From: Octopus vulgaris
Lineage: Eukaryota
Assembly (NCBI GenBank): GCA_951406725.2
Contig: OX597832.1
Location: 2,852,001 to 2,916,000 of the forward strand
Length of the DNA: 64,000 nucleotides
Direction: 5' to 3'
The notes beneath the pieces are model-generated. The model saw only the letters and a list, made by a program, of their open reading frames with translations, ran no database searches and was not told the origin of the DNA. A program made the translations under genes and the position numbers. Numbering within the stretch: the first letter of the stretch is position 1; each line of letters starts with the position of its first letter. Of this stretch, positions 37,331 to 51,210 are shown piece after piece.

Positions 37331-37514
37331 AACACAAACTTTACAGATACATTCTGTAAGTAGAACTGTAAAAATATACGAGAAATTCTTAATGTTTGAT
37401 ATGTAACAATTATCAGTGATATCCAAATTCCAATGACAGACTTTTTGTTTCTTTGTTTAAAAACTAGCTCTTTCATTCTAGAAGGAGATGGCTTCAAACA
37501 TTTGTACATTCATG

Positions 37515-37715
37515 TATATAATCAAACATATATACAAACGTACATACATATATGCATAGGGTAATAAAAAAGGGCAAAAGAAGGCCATGTGCCTTCACAC
37601 ATACACACATACAAGGCCTTTTTTATCTAGTAACATAGCCAAATTTGTAGGTAATGGACAAGTAGGAGGTAATAGAACTGATTAAATTGATTTGTGTACA
37701 CACACACACATGCAT

Positions 37716-37765
<50 letters not shown>

Positions 37766-37845
37766 ATTATCATTATTTAACTTTTCCATGCTTGCATGGG
37801 TTGGATGGAATTTGTTGAGATGGATTTTCTACAACCAGATGCCCT
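37515..37845 (+). repeat. Copy 1 of a near-identical local duplication (copy 2 at 39220-39501)
   Basis: identical text TATATAATCAAACATATATAC...ACAACCAGATGCCCT except for the (CA)n tract. Confidence 0.95.
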
Positions 37846-37944
37846 TCCTTCACCAATCCTCACCTGTTACCATGTAAGGTAATATACCCCATGACCAGTA
37901 ATGTTTTCACAGAAGATTGGAAACAAAGTCACCAACATATACAT

Positions 37945-38103
37945 AGGTGCAGGTGTGGCTGTGTGGTAAGAAGCTTGTTTCCCAACCACATGGTTCTGGG
38001 TTCAGTCCCACTGTGGCACCTTGGGCAAGTGTCTTCTACTATAGCGTTGGGCTGCCCAAAGCCCTGTGAGTGGATTTGGTTGATGGAAGCTGAAAGACAC
38101 CTG

Positions 38104-38185
<82 letters not shown>

Positions 38186-38356
38186 GTATGTATATGTGTG
38201 TGTGTGTGTGTTTTTGTCCCCCTGCTATCACTTGAGCAACAGATTAAGTACTAGTCTTACAAACAATAAGTCCTGGGGTTGATTTCATTGACTAAAAACC
38301 TTTAAAGCAGTACTCCAGCATGGCTGCAGACAAATGACTGAAACAAGTAAAAGAAT
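37945..38356 (+). mobile_element. SINE family B with internal (TA)n/(TG)n
   Basis: GGCTGTGTGGTAAGAAGC...GGCACCTTGGGCAAGTGTCTTC; tail AAATGACTGAAACAAGTAAAAGA. Confidence 0.85.
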
Positions 38357-38371
38357 ACATATATACATGTG

Positions 38372-39219
38372 CAAATTGCATCCCAGAAGTTTTGAGATCT
38401 TTTCAGGAGAGATGTTTATTAATTTCAAAGACACACAAAACTCTAATCTTCTTCAACAAAGGATCCCTTGACTTCAGTGCATTTGCAGTGCTCCAGCCAC
38501 CCTATCAAAGCCCCATGGAAACCCTCCAAAGGAAAAATATTCAAGACTCTTGTTACATCCTTCTTCATCTTCTACCTCAGCTTGAGGAGCAACCAGAAGT
38601 CACAGTGAGTAAGGTATGGACTGTAGGGAGAGTAAGATGCCCATTTCTATAAGTATTTGGTCAATTATCTGGATGGAATTGCAGACTGGTGCATTGTCCT
38701 GGTGCATGTGCTCTGGTCTTTTGCAATGAAATCACTTCCTGAACTCCCTCAAAACTTCTATAAAGTACTCTTTATTGGCCAGAAGGAACCCCAGTGAATG
38801 TAGATAGTGCACTTGCTTTTGAAAAGGGGGATCGCCATGAGCTTCCCAGTGGACTTGTTTTGCCTGGCTTGTGTCAGCAAAAAACAAATGCTTGACTTAT
38901 GCAAGTTAATCCATTAGCTGTCTGGGGCATTTCATGAGTTTCTGTAGCATTTTTGCTCACTTTAACAAAACTTGCATAGTAAGCTTCCAAATTGTCTTCA
39001 CATACAGACTGCATTCTGCAAATTAGAAACCTAGTCAGCTGTAACAAGTAGGGTGTATTCAAAGTGCTGTTACAGCCACCTCCTTCAATCTAGACTAGTA
39101 AAAATTGGTAGATCAGCTTATTATATGTATTGTAATGATATACTAAAATTACAGTAATGTAGGACAGCTATAACTGCCTCTTCTAAAAAAAAAGCCTCAA
39201 AATTTCTCGAATGCATCTT
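38372..39219 (-). mobile_element. Internally deleted mariner element
   Basis: FVKVSKNATETHEMPQTANG (mariner N-terminal HTH) and CDFWLL.KL C-terminal remnant; imperfect TIR GCATCCCAGAAGTTTTGAG / CTCAAAATTTCTCGAATGC. Confidence 0.75.
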
Positions 39220-39789
39220 TATATAATCAAACATATATACAAACGTACATACATATATGCATAGGGTAATAAAAAAGGGCAAAAGAAGGCCATGTGCCTT
39301 CACACATACACACATACAAGGCCTTTTTTTATCTAGTAACATAGCCAAATTTGTAGGTAATGGACAAGTAGGAGGTAATAGAACTGATTAAATTGATTTG
39401 TGTACACACACACACACAATCATTATCATTATTTAACTTTTCCATGCTTGCATGGGTTGGATGGAATTTGTTGAGATGGATTTTCTACAACCAGATGCCC
39501 TGGTATATGATTTAAGTAGTAGAATGAAGTTTGACAAATTCAGTCATATTTTTTTATAAATGGAAGAGATTTGATGTTAATATGGTATAAAGTATTTATT
39601 CAATTCACTTAGATGATCGTTTCATACAGAAAAACAATAAGTTCATTTTAAAAATATGAGTTGTCAAAGAGTACTCATCAATAGCACAATAAGAAAAAGT
39701 AAAAACTTAATAAAGAAAAAGGAGGACTTTGGAATTACATGGGTATTGTGTTCTTACTAAATTTTTCTTTAAAATAATTGTTCTAGGTT

Positions 39790-39792
<3 letters not shown>

Positions 39793-39869
<77 letters not shown>
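39793..39869. repeat. (AT)n microsatellite; further long (AT)n at 38106-38175, 41280-41470, 41577-41665
   Basis: direct reading. Confidence 0.95.
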
Positions 39870-39871
<2 letters not shown>

Positions 39872-40609
39872 ATCACATCTATGCTTTGATCCTTGTTACT
39901 TGTGAGTATACTCTGACATGTCACCATGTCTCCTGCTCTCTTATACTTTTGCTGTTTCCTACTCTCTTCCCTCTGGCTGGGTAGCCATGTATCCCCTTTA
40001 CAACAGCACACCTATTTTGCCTCCCTATTTCTCTGGCACACTCAACCCTTTCGTCATTTAATACTGGATCAGCTTGTCCAATTATAGCAAGACACCTATT
40101 TCTACCTTTCTGTCTCTTTGTCACCCTCTGACCTTTCATCCTCTGATATGTGTTCCTCTCCTCAAATGCTCCTACCCCTCTCATAATTCCTTGTCTTGCA
40201 AGTTACTTGGTGAGCCTGCCAGGGCTGGTGCCACATAAAAAGCATCCAGTCCACACTGTAAAGTCGTTGGCATTTGGAAGGTCATCCAGCTGTAAAAATC
40301 ATACCAAAACTAACCTCACCTGTGCTAGTGCCATGTAAAAAGCACTAAGTCCACTCTACAGAGTGATTGGTGTTAGGAAGGGCATCCAACCATAAAAACC
40401 CTGCCAAAACAGAGTAGCATAGGGTAGTTTTTCTACCTGGCTAGCTTCTGTGAACTATCCTACCCATGCATACATGGAAGATGGACGTTAAGTGATGATA
40501 ATGATATATATATGTGTGTGTGTGTGCATGTGCATATATAATATATATATATATATATCATCATCATCATCATCATCATCATTTAGCGTCCGTTTCCCAT
40601 GCTAGCATA

Positions 40610-41278
40610 CACATATTGGCAACAAAGGGCCCTGATGCTTGTGTGAAAACAGCTATGCTACACGGCAGTGAAGCATGGGCCTTGACTGCTGAGGACATGT
40701 ATAGGCTTGAAAAAAATGAAGCTAGCATGCTTCACTGGATGTACAATATCAGTGTGTAAATACAACAGAGTGTAAGTGTCTTGAGAGAAAAGTTGGTTAT
40801 AAGAGGCATCAGTTGTGGTGTGCAAGAGAGATGACTGTGCTGGTATGGTCATGTGATCATATGGGCAAGGATAGTTATGCAAAGAAGTGCTGATCTCTAA
40901 CTGTGGAGGGGAACTGTGGAAAAGGTAGACTCAGGAAGACATGGGACAAGGTGGTAAAGCATGATCTTCTAGTGTTGTGCTTCACAGAGGCAATGACTAG
41001 TGACCGAGACCTTTGGCTGTATGCCGTGCTTGAGAAAACCTATCAAGCCAAGTGAAATCATAGTTGTGGCAGATATTAGTGTCATGCAACTGGAACCTGT
41101 GCCAGTGGCATGTAAAAGCACCCATTACACTCTCAGAGTGGTTGGCATTAGGAGGGGCATCCAGATGTAGAAACCATGCTAAATCAAATAGGAGTCTGGT
41201 GCAGCCCCTCAGCTTACCAGCTCTGGGCAAAGTGTCCAACCCATGCCACCATGGACAACGGATGTTAAATGATGATGA
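40610..41278 (+). mobile_element. RTE LINE 3' part with tail
   Basis: ACVKTAMLHGSEAWALTAEDMYRLEKNEASMLHWM, then WYGHV and RGR..KTW-like remnants; tail ending in (GAT)n. Confidence 0.85.
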
Positions 41279-41281
41279 CAT

Positions 41282-41320
<39 letters not shown>

Positions 41321-41361
41321 GCAAAAATATATATATATACATATCTGCACACATACATATA

Positions 41362-41445
<84 letters not shown>

Positions 41446-41575
41446 CATATATATATACATATATATATAACGGGAAGCTTTATGAAAATAGACAAAAGAC
41501 GAAGGCAGGTGGGAAACAAACAAACAATTGTATTAGTATGGCGCTCAGGAAATATAAATAAAACAAGTCTTTAAC

Positions 41576-41656
<81 letters not shown>

Positions 41657-41663
41657 CATATAT

Positions 41664-41695
<32 letters not shown>

Positions 41696-41779
41696 TTAGC
41701 GTCCGCTTTCCATGCTAGCATGGGTTGGACGGTTCAACTGGGGTCTGTGAAGCTGGAAGGCTTCGTCAGGCCCAGTCAG

Positions 41780-41819
<40 letters not shown>

Positions 41820-42957
41820 TTTAGCAAGAATTATATTGAAAACATGTATTTTTAACAGGTTTTTGATGCTTTGGGAGTATTGTGTAGCTGAAACACTAAA
41901 ATATAGTTGCTGAGTTGCATGTATTCTAAGTATTAATAGCATCTTCCATATTTCAATCTATAGTGGGTTTTCTTTCTTTCCCCCTCTCTGTCCACATGCA
42001 CACACACACACACACAGTGAGAGAAAGAGACAGGAGAGAATGATTGGAGAATATACAATTTTAAACCCAGTGTAGTATGAAATATAGTAGATGATATGAA
42101 CACCTAGAATACATGTCTAATTTATTGGAAATGTGAATATAAATAATAGTGCTCTTTTTTTATTAATAATGATTTATTTATAATAAATAGACCAAGTGTA
42201 AAGATTCTACAAAAGATTAGAAGTAGTTAAAGCAAAAGTTATAATAGTTATATCTAAGCTGAGGAACTTTAGTTATTAATATCATTGAAAAAATAAAACT
42301 TTTACACAAGCAGTTCTAAAATTACAGGTTAAATCCCAAATTAGAAATAATAGATGAAAAGTAGGCATGGAAATATAAATAATTTAACTGCTAAAAATAT
42401 TGCTTTTTTATTAAGATATATTGATTTTAACTTATCTGAAAATATCTTTGCTTGTAATTTAAGACTGAAAAATCCATTCAATACATCAAAGCACTTTAAG
42501 TAACGAATATACTATACTGTTGTCTACTATAATGATTTGTGGCTATAGAGTCTGTTGTTGTACATATTTTGGTGCATATGTGAATGTCTGGTCAGGAGAT
42601 AAAATGGTATTTTGTGCTTATTTATCCATGCATGTCCATGACATGAAAGAGGATAGAGCATGTGTATAGGCATGTGCAAGACAATGTAGTTGCATAGTTT
42701 GAAACAGTTTGTGATCATATTTTGAATATCTTTGATATCATCATTTTTCTTCCATCAGTGTATCAGTTAGTTGTTATTTGTGACTGAGTGGCTCAAGGCA
42801 AGACTAGCTTATTTCTGTAACAGATGTAACATATTGTGTGTTAACCAGTATCACATGTTTCTTATTTTAGCTGAGTCTCATGTCAATGAGTGCATGTAAG
42901 TTATTCACTCTTCTACATGTTTTATGGTAAAGACGTTTGTCATGAGTCCAGTATATT

Positions 42958-43160
42958 GGTTTCAAATTTTGGCACAAGGCCAGCAATTTAGTGGGAGTTG
43001 ACATTGACCCCAGTGCTCTACTGGTACTTATTTTATTGACCCTGAAAGGATGAAAGGCAAAGTTGACTTTGGCAAAATTTGAAATCAGAACATGAAGACA
43101 GATGAAATGCCACTAAGCATTTTGCCCAGTGTGCTAACAATTCTGCCAGCTCACTGCCTT
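42958..43160 (-). mobile_element. Full SINE A with 16-bp TSD
   Basis: ATGAGTCCAGTATATT (42942-42957) / ATGAGTCCAGCATATT (43161-43176). Confidence 0.9.
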
Positions 43161-45414
43161 ATGAGTCCAGCATATTAATTATTCAGACACTGGAAAATAA
43201 AATGGGATGACGATTTTCTCAGTATCATCTTGGATGGTAGATAGAATATTGATGGTAAAAATGATTTTGATTGATTTGTCTTCCTGAAGATTTATGTAAT
43301 TAGAAATGTTTTTACTATGTTCTAATGTTATATATTCATTTTGCCTCTTTTGTCATCATGATGAGTTTTGCTTTTTCTATATTTCTAACTATAAAATTAA
43401 AAATGTACTTAATAATCAATCTCAAAATTCTTGCAATGCATACTGTGTATCCCATTGTATACCTTACTTTGGACATCACATGAATTTGATTCTTATATCC
43501 AGTTACATATTCCTTTGATCCCTCACTTCTTGGTTCAAAACTTTTCTGCCATGCAGCTTCATTCTCTGACATAGCTTTATCAATTCCCACATATCTCAAG
43601 GTTTTACTATGTCTCCCACACTCTTTTGTCTGTGCATTAATGTTCTTTCTGTTATTTGTTAACCACACTTACACACACATTCTTGTGCAGATGATAACAC
43701 CCTACTCTAAACTTCTGTATACAAGTATCATTCATCAACACCCTAGACACCCAACACCAGACAAAAGCCCACAAATTAATTTGGCTGATTGGCAAAGGCT
43801 AACTCACCATGCTTCAACTACTTCCTTATAAACATGCAGTTGTTTTTCTTTACTGTTTCTACCACAACTGTGTAGTTCCTATGATAGGTGAATTGAAGAT
43901 TATCGGGTATTTTAACTGGGTGTTGTGTTGGTAATTATTTGGTAAGTATTTGTTTGGTATGTCTGTCTTTGTTTGAGATTTAATGAAGTTCTTCACTGAA
44001 TTCAACTGGTCACTAACAAAGTGTCATGGCTTTTTTTGTTTTAATCAAAACTGTTGCAGAACTTTGTAAATATGAGTTAGTATGTGCATATAAGTAGTTG
44101 TGTGTGTAGATAGACTTGTACTCATGTGATGGATGTACAGGTCTTTTTAGTACATGAGTATCTGTTTACTCTTTATGTATGTATGCTATATACACACGTG
44201 ATTTTCTGCATATGTTCATTCCAGGAATTCAAATGGAGAATTTAACCCTAAATGTGGACTGAATGAACCAGCCAAAACCGAGCTAGAAATAATTAGTAAA
44301 CATATTCTAAATTTGATTGAACATAAAATTAAAAGTATATACATCTTAAAAAATTTTTTTATATAATTATTATAATAAGAGATATATATTGCTCTCTGGT
44401 AGCCCACCACCCAGGTTTTCACCACTCACTGCATTCCCCTCCCCTACTCTCTACTCACATTTCTTTGACAATGTCCTGCCACTTATATTATTACCTCCAT
44501 ACCTCAATGGTATGCTCTGGCACTTGCCACCAACTCTCTCTCTCTCTTCTTTTACTTGACCATCCCTTTTATATTCTGATCCCAATCCCTTGTGACTATG
44601 TCCAGCACTTTACCACCATCTCTCTCCTGCTTTCTTGCTGCCTCCCACTCTCTCCTTCTGCTCTTCCCTCTGGCAGCAGCACACCTGTCTCTGTCCTCAT
44701 TCCTAATCACTCTCTTTCTCTCTCATTTTACTGGGTAACCATGTACCTCCTCTACAGGAAAAGACACCTGTTTTTGTCTCACTATAAACTTTCATCATCT
44801 GATACAAGATCACCTCCTCCAGTACCCTCTCCCCTCTCAAAGATTTTTTGTCTTGCAAGTTACTTGGTGACCCTGGCAGTGTTGATGCCACATAAAAAGC
44901 ACCCGGTCCACACTATAAAGTGGTTGGCATTTGGAAGGGCATCCAGCTATAAAAACCTTGCCCGTGCTAGTACCATGTAAAAAACACTCAGTCTACTCTG
45001 TGGAGTGGTTGGTGTTAGGAAAAGCACTCTGCTGTAAAGACCCTACCAAAACAGGCATGGAAGTCTGGTGCAGGCTCCCCCCTAGCAAGAAAGATCCTGT
45101 CAAACCATCCAACCCATGCCAGCATGGAAGGTGAGCATTAACTAATGATGATGATATAGAATGATTTAGTAACATTACTGATAAGCAAAACTGTAAGTTT
45201 ACCAGTTTAACATTATTGATTTTTATCCCACTGTACCTATACATTCTTCTGAAAGAATTAACCAATATGTGAACCTGATATCAGTGTATTAATATCCATC
45301 ATCATCATCTAACATCTGTTGTCCATACTGGCATGGGTTGGATGGTTTGACCAGGACTGGTAAGCTGAGGGGCTGCACCAGACTCCAATGTTAGTAAAAT
45401 ATGTGTAATGTTAA

Positions 45415-45588
45415 CCCTTTAGCATTTAAACCAGCCATATCTGGCTTCTCACACCTGCTGTACAATGTCATTCTAAGGACATACAGTCAGATCACTAAAA
45501 TATAGAAGCTATGAGATAATACATGAATGATCCAAAGCAATGTAAATAAATAAGCATTACATTTGACAGTAATTAGAATGCTAAAGGG
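45415..45588. mobile_element. piggyBac-type MITE
   Basis: TTAA|CCCTTTAGCATT ... AATGCTAAAGGG|CTAA. Confidence 0.8.
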
Positions 45589-46329
45589 CTAAGGGAAGTA
45601 ACTCAAATAGTAAGTGATTGTGTTGATAATGGTGAATGGAGAATGACACAGAGTAAGGGGTGAAAGTGGGAGGAGAAAGACAGAGGATTCAAAATAGTGT
45701 GAGGCCTTGTGACTTCACCATGCCTTTTGTAATTGCATTTTCCATTGTACACATACAACTTTTTCTGTAATTTAAATTTCATTGTTTCATCATATATGTT
45801 TACTGATAATGCCCTGATGAGATATTTTTTAATGTGCAAATATTATTACTTGAATTTTTTCTTAAATACAGCTATATATTTTGTCCGTTGTCAACAATAT
45901 GTATATTACTTTTGTAGTGATTTCATTTATTATCTTAATTCAATCCATCTATTGTCATTAATTTAGTCGCCAATATTTTGGGCTGAATTGATTTGCAAAT
46001 TAGATTTGTTTAATATCATTTAAAATCTAGGAGATTCTCTCAGTTTCTAAATCATGATCTTGGGGAAAGTTCTACAGTTTTGATATACAAGCATGAATTA
46101 GATGTGTCCTAATGCATGAAAGGCTTTTTAAGTCACTTCTTGTTAAAACGTTCTTTTTTACTGGGTTTAACTTATTTTGTTTTACAGTATTCATGTATTA
46201 TATATTGTTTGTATGTATAACTTATTCTATAGTTAACCCATAATGCATAAAAAAATGTATGAAAGGGGCAGTGTTAGACAGAAGCCTCTTTCCTGTCAAT
46301 AAAGAAAATATTAAATATTACAGCTCATA

Positions 46330-47180
46330 TATTATCTTAATGATTGTCAATCTGTAGTATATTTATGTGCTAAATCAAAGCGATACTTTTAAGTAAGCAA
46401 GAAATTCATCAAACCATTATGAAGGAAACAACAAAATATTGTTATTGACAGAAGAGAAATTTATGGGCCACTAGAAAATGCCTACAATTTTTGACAGTTC
46501 ACCATTTCGATTCAGAGAAAAGGTGCTGAGTTTTTTTTTATATCCCCCATGAGTACATTTGATATGGCTGAATTGTGTATGATTATCAGAATTTATATCT
46601 TAGACTGTATGTGTAAAGAACTGCCTAGCTTAAGAAGTGGCCTTTATAGGGACAATGGGCTTTTGGTCATATGTAACAAGAGTGGCCATAAATTTAGGAA
46701 AGATAAAATTATTTATGCTTAAAGACTTCAGTATACAGCAACCTTAGTATAGTTATTATTAAGTTATTACCATAAACGCTGAGGCTAATAGATTTAGACC
46801 CAATCAGAAATAGAATGAGACATCAATTTATGTTAATAAGAACTCTTAATGATCCACAAAATATTCTTCATAATTTAGTTTCTAATACAAATAAGCATAT
46901 CCCCTCATTATTCACAGATGATGCTATGTTTAAAACTCTCATTGGTATGCTGAGGTACCCAACATTAGTGCTTTTTCAGCTAAAATTCAGTATATAGCCA
47001 TCCTCACTATCTTGAAGTGTGAAAACAGACCTAGGAAAATCTTAAATGTGAAGGTCAATATATCTACAAAATTCTTTAATTTAATTTATTTTCACTTCCC
47101 TATAGAACAAAGGTATCATAATTTATTTGCTCAAAATTAACTTTTCTTGCAAAAAACTATTTCTTGCGTGTAAAAATTAT
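46330..47180 (+). mobile_element. Decayed Penelope-like RT
   Basis: PMSTFDMAELC and GLYRDNGL resemble MGS.DGAE.CELVG and GLYRDDGL. Confidence 0.65.
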
Positions 47181-48495
47181 ATCAATAATATCAGTTCTAT
47201 TGCCTTCCTGTAATTTTTTAACTGAAATTGCCTGTTTAATAGGATAATGTGAAACATGAAATTACAGAACACTCTTCCACTTTTTCCCTAACTTCCTTTC
47301 CCCCTCTCTTCATCTACTTTTTTCTTCTTCTCTTGTTTCCACCCCTCCTCTATTTATTTTAGTCATTTATTGACATGGTTTCATTTATGTATGTTTTTGC
47401 AATGGTTATATTCATCACTGAACAAAATCCTTTCATTTCAAGTTCTACAAACAAATTTTCCCTAATTAGTATTTGCTTTGGCTTTTAAATAAATATCGTT
47501 TATGTTTATTACCATTTTTCATGTTCAGCTATTCATGTCAGCATTTGGGGGAAAAATTCATAGAAGCTACAGTGTTTGTACCTCAAAATAAACAACAAAA
47601 TTATACATACATACATACATACATATCATCATCATCTAACATCCATTTTCTATGCTGGCATGGGTTGAACAGTTTGAGAGGAGCTGGCCAGCCATGGAGC
47701 TGTCCAGACTCCAATATATATATATAGGGGGTGGGGGGTGTACATCCATACATTTAAGTATGTAAGACCATATCTAGATATGCAACTACATGCATGAGAA
47801 TACATACATAAAACAAAACGTACAAATCTGCACATATACATACATCATATGAAAATACCCTGTTGATGTAGAAAATCCAATAAAGATCTAGGTTAGAAAC
47901 CGGTTCTTTCTCTATTGGCAAGAAATCTTGAAGTAAAACTAAATAATGACAGATAGACATATATACGTATGTACATACATGCATGCATTCATGAAATTGG
48001 AGTTGAACAGTTCTACCCTATGTACTGAGGCTGTACATTAACTGGTTTGAATAGTTACACATGGGTAGTCATTTGCTTCATGGTCTTGCTCATATAGTAT
48101 AAAAAAATTTTTTTTTAAACTTCTGCTTCCATCAAATTAAAAATAGTTTTCATTTAACTTCAAATTTGTTTGTTATAACATTAATGAAGATAAGATATAA
48201 CTGGAAACTGTAAAATAACAATTTTTAAAGTGTATGTATTAGTAATTTCTTTTTCTTTCGTTCTTTCATTAAAGTAAGTATTTTAAAAAGCAAGATATGC
48301 TAATCATTCAAATCTGTTATTTCATGTTTGTCACAGAAGATATAATTTTGTTGTTTATTCCATCGAGATGTAACTCCTTTTATGTACAATAATACTTAAA
48401 ATATAAAATGAAAAAGGAAAACAAGGAATAAATATATTTGATAGACACAAATCAATACATTCTAACTCAGGATATTTTTTATATTTATTAATTCA

Positions 48496-49012
48496 AAGGT
48501 GGTAAGCTGGCAGAATTGTTAGCATACTGAGCAAAATGTATAACATTTTGCCTGTCTGTGTTCAGAGATAAATGCCACTGAGGTCGACTTGCCTTTCTTC
48601 CTTTCAGGATCAATAAAATAAGTACCAGGTGGTACTTGCACTTGCTGGCCTTGTGCCAAAATTTGAAACCAATATTTATTAATTCACTTGGGTGGTGTGT
48701 TAGCAGTCCTGCTAGTATGTTGAGCAAAATGATTTGCAGCTTTATGTTCTGTGTTCTGATTCCACCATGGGAGACTTACGTTATGAAGCATTTTAAAGAG
48801 CAGTGAGCTGGCAGAATTGTTAGCATGCTGGGCAAAATGCTTAACAGTTTTTCGTTCATCTGTATGTTCAGAGTTCAAATTCTGCTGAGGTCAACTTGGC
48901 CTTTTATCCTTTTGGAGTTGATAATATAAGTACCAGTTGAATACTGGGGTCAATGTAATTGACTTACCCCTTCCCCCCAAATTGCTTGGCCTTGTGCCAA
49001 GATTTGAAGCCA
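48496..49012 (+). mobile_element. Tandem SINE A copies
   Basis: copies at 48496-48672 and 48797-49012 with a degenerate head between them. Confidence 0.8.
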
Positions 49013-49039
49013 ATATTTATTAATTCACTTAAAATTTTC

Positions 49040-51210
49040 ACAACACTCCTTGTTTGCTAAGTACATAATGTATTCTTTTGGATTTTCATTCAACAAGTTG
49101 CCTTTCTTCTGGACATTATATTAAATGAAAAATTATATTAAATTAGGACAAATACTTAAGAGAACATAGATACAAGCAGGTATGCATATTAAAAGAAAGT
49201 AGTTGAGTGGCAAACTATATGAAGTCTGCCATCTTCAAAACTAGCCACATTTTTACTTTTGAATTGAGTGGTGGTAAAAGTTGCTCCTTATAGTTTTGCT
49301 TTGGAAACATCAATTCCTTGATTCACCTATTCATCCTTGTTGCAATGTGCATTGTCACCTTGAGGGCACATAAAAATGTTAAAACAGAAGAAATCTAACA
49401 TGACTGACTATATTAGAAATGTCACAGAGAGTCAATGATGGACGGTGAACTATATAATGTATTGGAAAATCTCTTGACCTAAAACTGTATAAACAATTTG
49501 CTGTAATACTGAAAAAGTTGAAGCTTGTGCAGTACCTTTAGTTTGTACAATATTAACAAGGAGTGGATCTTGTGTCATAGAAAATATGGAAAAGTTTTGA
49601 ACATGTCAATGGAGAATAAGCATTAATATAACTCTCTCTTTGCTACTTGCCATACAAATGAAAACTTTTAATTTCATTTGACCTAAAGTAAAAACAGGAT
49701 TCTAGTGTTGAAGGTGAAAACTTTGTAGCAAGTCATGATTGGTTTAATTGTTTCAAGAATCACTCAGAATTGTTTATCATACAGACAATAGGTGAGTCCA
49801 CTCATGTCAAACAAAGAAGTTGCATTCCCAGGCTTATTGAAAAATATTATTAACAAAGGGGGATACATTCACAACAAATTTTTAACATTGATTGAGTCTG
49901 GCTTGTTTTGAAAACAAATGCCAAGACAAACTTACATTTCTAAAGAAAAAGCAGAAAAATACTGCACCAGCTTTCAAGGCTTCCAAGCACTGGCTGACCG
50001 ACCCACTTGATGTTAATATCTCAAGATATCTAAGTTCAAACCACTAAGGCACTAGTGGCTATGAAAGCTACTTTAAATTTCGTCACCAGATTGATTTGCT
50101 TCATGTTTCTGCCCAACTGTCAAAGAATACTGTCAGGTTAATAACCTTGAAAATAAAGCCTTGCTTCTCATGGACAATGCTCTTGGTTATCAGTATATTC
50201 TGGATGACCTAACACATAGCGTTCATGTAGTTTTTCTACTTCTAAACGCAACCACCTTGATTTAACCTATGGACCAGTAACTTATTGTGATATTCAAAGC
50301 CTACATTTTATGGTGCAACACTTTTAAACAATTGTTCAAGTTCCATGAAACTAAATTTATCAAGTTCCAAGAAGCTAAATCTGCCAAACATAGTATGGTT
50401 ACTATATGATGAGTGCTACTGGAAATTTGACACTGGCAGAGCAGAAAGTTAAAACAAATGCAATAAATCTTGATAAACTAAATTTATCAAGTTCCAAGAA
50501 GCTAAATCTGCCAAACATAGTATGGTTACTATATGATGAGTGCTACTGGAAATTTGACACTGGCAGAGCAGAAAGTTAAAACAAATGCAATAAATCTTGT
50601 TTTGAGTAAAATTTATCCAGGTTGCATTGCAGACTTCTTGTGCTTTGAGGAGTCTGTACTTTTGTACAGATTCAAGGGATTGTTGAGTTGGCACATCAAA
50701 TTGGATTTAATGAAATAAATGAAGAAAATGTAGTATAATAATTTGAATCACATAGTGAAGAAATATCCAATAAAAACCTCATGGAGATGCAATGGCACTA
50801 AAAATTTTAACAAAAGATTCGGTCATTCTTTTCTGAAAATGTTCCTCAAACATAAAGATGTTCAGAAGCAAACATGTTAATAATGAGTGGTTATAAATGC
50901 TACAAGGAATTATACAATCAGAAAAAAAAAAAATCTACAACAAATCTTCAACCTTTTTTTAAGTAAATAATTATCTTTTTATTAATCATCTTTCAAAGTA
51001 GTATAACACATTTATTATAAGGTTTAACATTAGAGGTGTTAATGAGTCTTTGCTTAGAAGTTTGGTAATATTTTTGTAACTAGGAATATCCTGTATGAAT
51101 GTAACATTTGTTTACATCATTGAAGCTATAATGAAATTGGTTTCATTAAAGTTAACAATAAAATCTTACTCAGATCACACCCTACATTTTTTAAGGGAGG
51201 ACATGCTGAA
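49040..51210 (+). mobile_element. Tigger/pogo transposon remnant
   Basis: FVASHDWFNCFK, QIFNID..GLF*KQMPRQTYISKE, KALLLMDNA, TTLI*PMDQ (DDE_1 motifs); many lesions; boundaries approximate. Confidence 0.85.
50348..50599 (+). repeat. Tandem duplication of a 125-bp unit (period 127)
   Basis: 50348-50472 and 50475-50599 read identically. Confidence 0.95.
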
